A program made the position numbers and the translations under genes. Below the pieces are notes generated by a model. That model searched no databases and was not told the DNA's origin. It worked only from the letters and a program-made list of their open reading frames with translations. Positions 52,542 through 54,514 of a stretch of 54,514 bases of DNA are shown here, piece after piece. Position 1 is the stretch's first letter; the number at the start of each line of letters is the position of its first letter. The stretch is from NCBI GenBank assembly GCA_964474445.1, contig CAYYSJ010000008.1:1-54514 (forward strand). The letters run 5' to 3'. The stretch comes from an uncultured Gammaproteobacteria bacterium. GTDB lineage: Bacteria; Patescibacteriota; Microgenomatia; Levybacterales; UBA12049.

Positions 52542-54514
52542 ATGAAAATAGTCAAAAGAGCGTTTATTGTTATTGAAACTGCGCTTATCGCAATTGGCGG
52601 TGGCACAATTGTCATTCTCTCTTTTGTATTAGCATTTTTTGACCTCTGTGCTTTTTTAATTCTGTCTTTTCTCAGAACAGCTGGTAACCATATTAAACAT
52701 CCTATAAAAAAACGTCGTACAAAGAAACCCCTCTATTCTCCAGTAAAAATGAAATTAAAGTATTTTTTTATAGGAATATTTTTTTCATTCCTTTTTCTTT
52801 TTCTTCCACTCCTCGTTGTAACTCTTTTGCAAAGTCTTCCCAACCCATCCGTCCTTAAGCAGGAACAATTCCCCCAAACAACCAAAATTTATGATAGGAA
52901 CCATCACTTGCTCTATCAATTTTATGCAAACCAAAATAGAACGATTGTTCCACTCACCAATATTCCCAAAACCCTTCAACAAGCAACAATCGCAACAGAA
53001 GATAAGAATTTTTACACAAATCCTGGTTTCGATTTGGCAGCAATCCTCAGAGCCGCTCTTACGAATCTCCATGGAGACAAAATACAAGGAGGATCAACGA
53101 TTACCCAGCAGCTTATCAAGTCTGCCTTCCTTACCTCAGACAGGAAAATAGGGAGAAAAATACAAGAACTTATTCTGGCATTTTGGACGGAACATCTGTA
53201 TACCAAAAATCAAATTCTTGAAATGTATTTTAATCTCGTCCCCTATGGAGGAACAGCATGGGGCATAGAAGCTGCTTCTCAAACCTATTTTGGAAAAAGC
53301 GTCAAGAATGTAGATTTAGCACAGAGTGCATTCCTTGCTGGACTTCCTCAGGCCCCCTCGCTGTACTCCCCTTTTGGAGCAGCAAAAAATACTCTCTGGA
53401 AAGACAGACAAAAAGAGGTACTCTCTCGTATGGAAAGTCTTGGATTCATTACACAAAGACAATATGACGATGCAGTTGCTGAACAACTCGTTTTCCAATC
53501 TCCCGAAATTCCGCTGAAAGCACCTCATTTTGTAATGTATATAAAAGATTTACTTATTCAAAAATATGGCCTACCCATGGTGGAAAAAGGAGGATTAACC
53601 GTTACAACGTCGCTTGATTTAGCCATGCAGGAAAAAGTTGAGAAAATGGTTGCAGATGAGGTTGAGAAGGATGGGTATTTGAACCTGACAAATGGTGCAG
53701 CAGTTGTTGTGAGCCCCAAAAAAGGAGACATTTTGGCAATGGTTGGAAGTGCTAACTACAACAATCCTGATTGGGGTAATGTAAATATTGCAACTTCCTT
53801 AAGACAACCTGGCTCATCAATAAAAATTGTCACGTATGCGGCAGCTCTTTCAAAAGGATATACTCCAGCAAGCGGCATTGATGATACACCTGTTTCTTTC
53901 CCTGGAGCAGTTTATGCCTATGCACCGGTTAATTATGATGGGCAGTTTCATGGCCGAGTTACAGTAAGACAGGCATTAGCAAACTCATTTAATATTCCTG
54001 CAGTGAAACTGTTAAATACAGTAGGAGTTGATGCATTCGTCAATTTAGGGAAAAAATTAGGGATCTCAAGTCTTGACAGTCCTGATAATTATGGACTGTC
54101 AGTTACCTTGGGCAGTGCTGATGTAACCATGCTTGATATGGCAACTGCCTACAGCACCCTTGCTAATTTAGGCACGCGTGTTGACTTAAATCCACTTCTG
54201 AAGGTGATAGATTCTAAAGGAAATGTACTTGAGGAAAAAGAAGTTACTCAAGAGAATGTCCTTGATAAAACAGTTGCCTTTCAGATAGGGGATATTTTAG
54301 CTGATAATCAAGCTCGTTCTTGGGAATTCGGACCAAACTCTCCGTTAAAGATTGATGGACACCGGGTATCAGTGAAGACTGGTACTACTGATAATAAACG
54401 AGACAATTGGACTATTGGCTATACTCCTGATTATGTTGTCACAGTGTGGGTAGGAAATAATGATAATACCCCGATGAGCCAGAATTTAGCCAGTGGAATA
54501 ACAGGTGCTGCTCC
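52542..54514 (+). CDS. second class A penicillin-binding protein (paralogue; 3' end beyond the window)
   Basis: Not in the ORF track (no stop in window). The ATG at 52542 opens a frame with EDKNFYTNPGFD, GGSTITQQL, SSIKI, SFN and KTGTT. It is collinear with the upstream PBP. Confidence 0.85.
   Translation, partial: MKIVKRAFIVIETALIAIGGGTIVILSFVLAFFDLCAFLILSFLRTAGNHIKHPIKKRRTKKPLYSPVKMKLKYFFIGIFFSFLFLFLPLLVVTLLQSLPNPSVLKQEQFPQTTKIYDRNHHLLYQFYANQNRTIVPLTNIPKTLQQATIATEDKNFYTNPGFDLAAILRAALTNLHGDKIQGGSTITQQLIKSAFLTSDRKIGRKIQELILAFWTEHLYTKNQILEMYFNLVPYGGTAWGIEAASQTYFGKSVKNVDLAQSAFLAGLPQAPSLYSPFGAAKNTLWKDRQKEVLSRMESLGFITQRQYDDAVAEQLVFQSPEIPLKAPHFVMYIKDLLIQKYGLPMVEKGGLTVTTSLDLAMQEKVEKMVADEVEKDGYLNLTNGAAVVVSPKKGDILAMVGSANYNNPDWGNVNIATSLRQPGSSIKIVTYAAALSKGYTPASGIDDTPVSFPGAVYAYAPVNYDGQFHGRVTVRQALANSFNIPAVKLLNTVGVDAFVNLGKKLGISSLDSPDNYGLSVTLGSADVTMLDMATAYSTLANLGTRVDLNPLLKVIDSKGNVLEEKEVTQENVLDKTVAFQIGDILADNQARSWEFGPNSPLKIDGHRVSVKTGTTDNKRDNWTIGYTPDYVVTVWVGNNDNTPMSQNLASGITGAA

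Noticed and set aside
52785-53528. Several 60-100-aa ORFs on both strands (52785..53087, 52891..53151, 53012..53206, 53258..53467 and others)
   Set aside because: All lie inside the open-ended second PBP gene (frame starting at 52542), which carries unmistakable GT51 and transpeptidase motifs.

Overview
AT-rich, tightly packed bacterial window of about 54.5 kb, mostly minus-strand genes. The housekeeping content fits a reduced genome:
- Cell wall and division: murD, murI, two tandem class A PBPs, an FtsB-like gene, ftsH.
- Translation and nucleotide metabolism: trpS, tgt, archaeal-type pyrH (partial), gmk, nrdR-nrdJ.
- DNA repair and central metabolism: fpg, a MutY-like glycosylase, a stand-alone 5'-3' exonuclease, gap.

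Gene content and style suggest a Patescibacteria/CPR-like organism; that is inference only.

Strongest observations, read directly from the sequence:
1. A 195-nt group I intron splits the anticodon loop of an initiator-like tRNA(CAU) gene (23915-24178). A consensus promoter sits upstream, and a free-standing HTH/LAGLIDADG-like ORF lies next door.
2. A B12 island contains nrdR-nrdJ, then a cobalamin riboswitch with its own terminator, then a DUF4430 / prenyltransferase-like / membrane protein / PduO operon. A second, related OFF-type leader follows, directly in front of an uncharacterised 455-aa zinc-ribbon protein and a 46-aa double CxxCGW mini-protein.
3. Two tandem paralogous giant proteins (737 and 851 aa) fuse a Nudix-like module to a HAD phosphatase or a PP2C-like domain. 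An 815-aa PPP-type phosphatase lies nearby.
4. A TrpR-family repressor has a near-canonical ACTAGT-N2-ACTAGT operator overlapping the -10 box of its own leaderless promoter.
5. Leaderless transcription units are pervasive: a consensus -35/-10 pair ends 6-10 nt before the ATG. This contrasts with a few small, disorder-prone ORFs that carry AAAGGAGGTGA Shine-Dalgarno leaders.
6. A 57-nt palindromic element is inserted in frame in the MutY-like gene.

No CRISPR array, rRNA, transposase or reverse transcriptase was seen. Many ORF-track starts were moved downstream on the basis of promoter position and homologue N-termini. All functional calls rest on remembered family motifs, not database searches.
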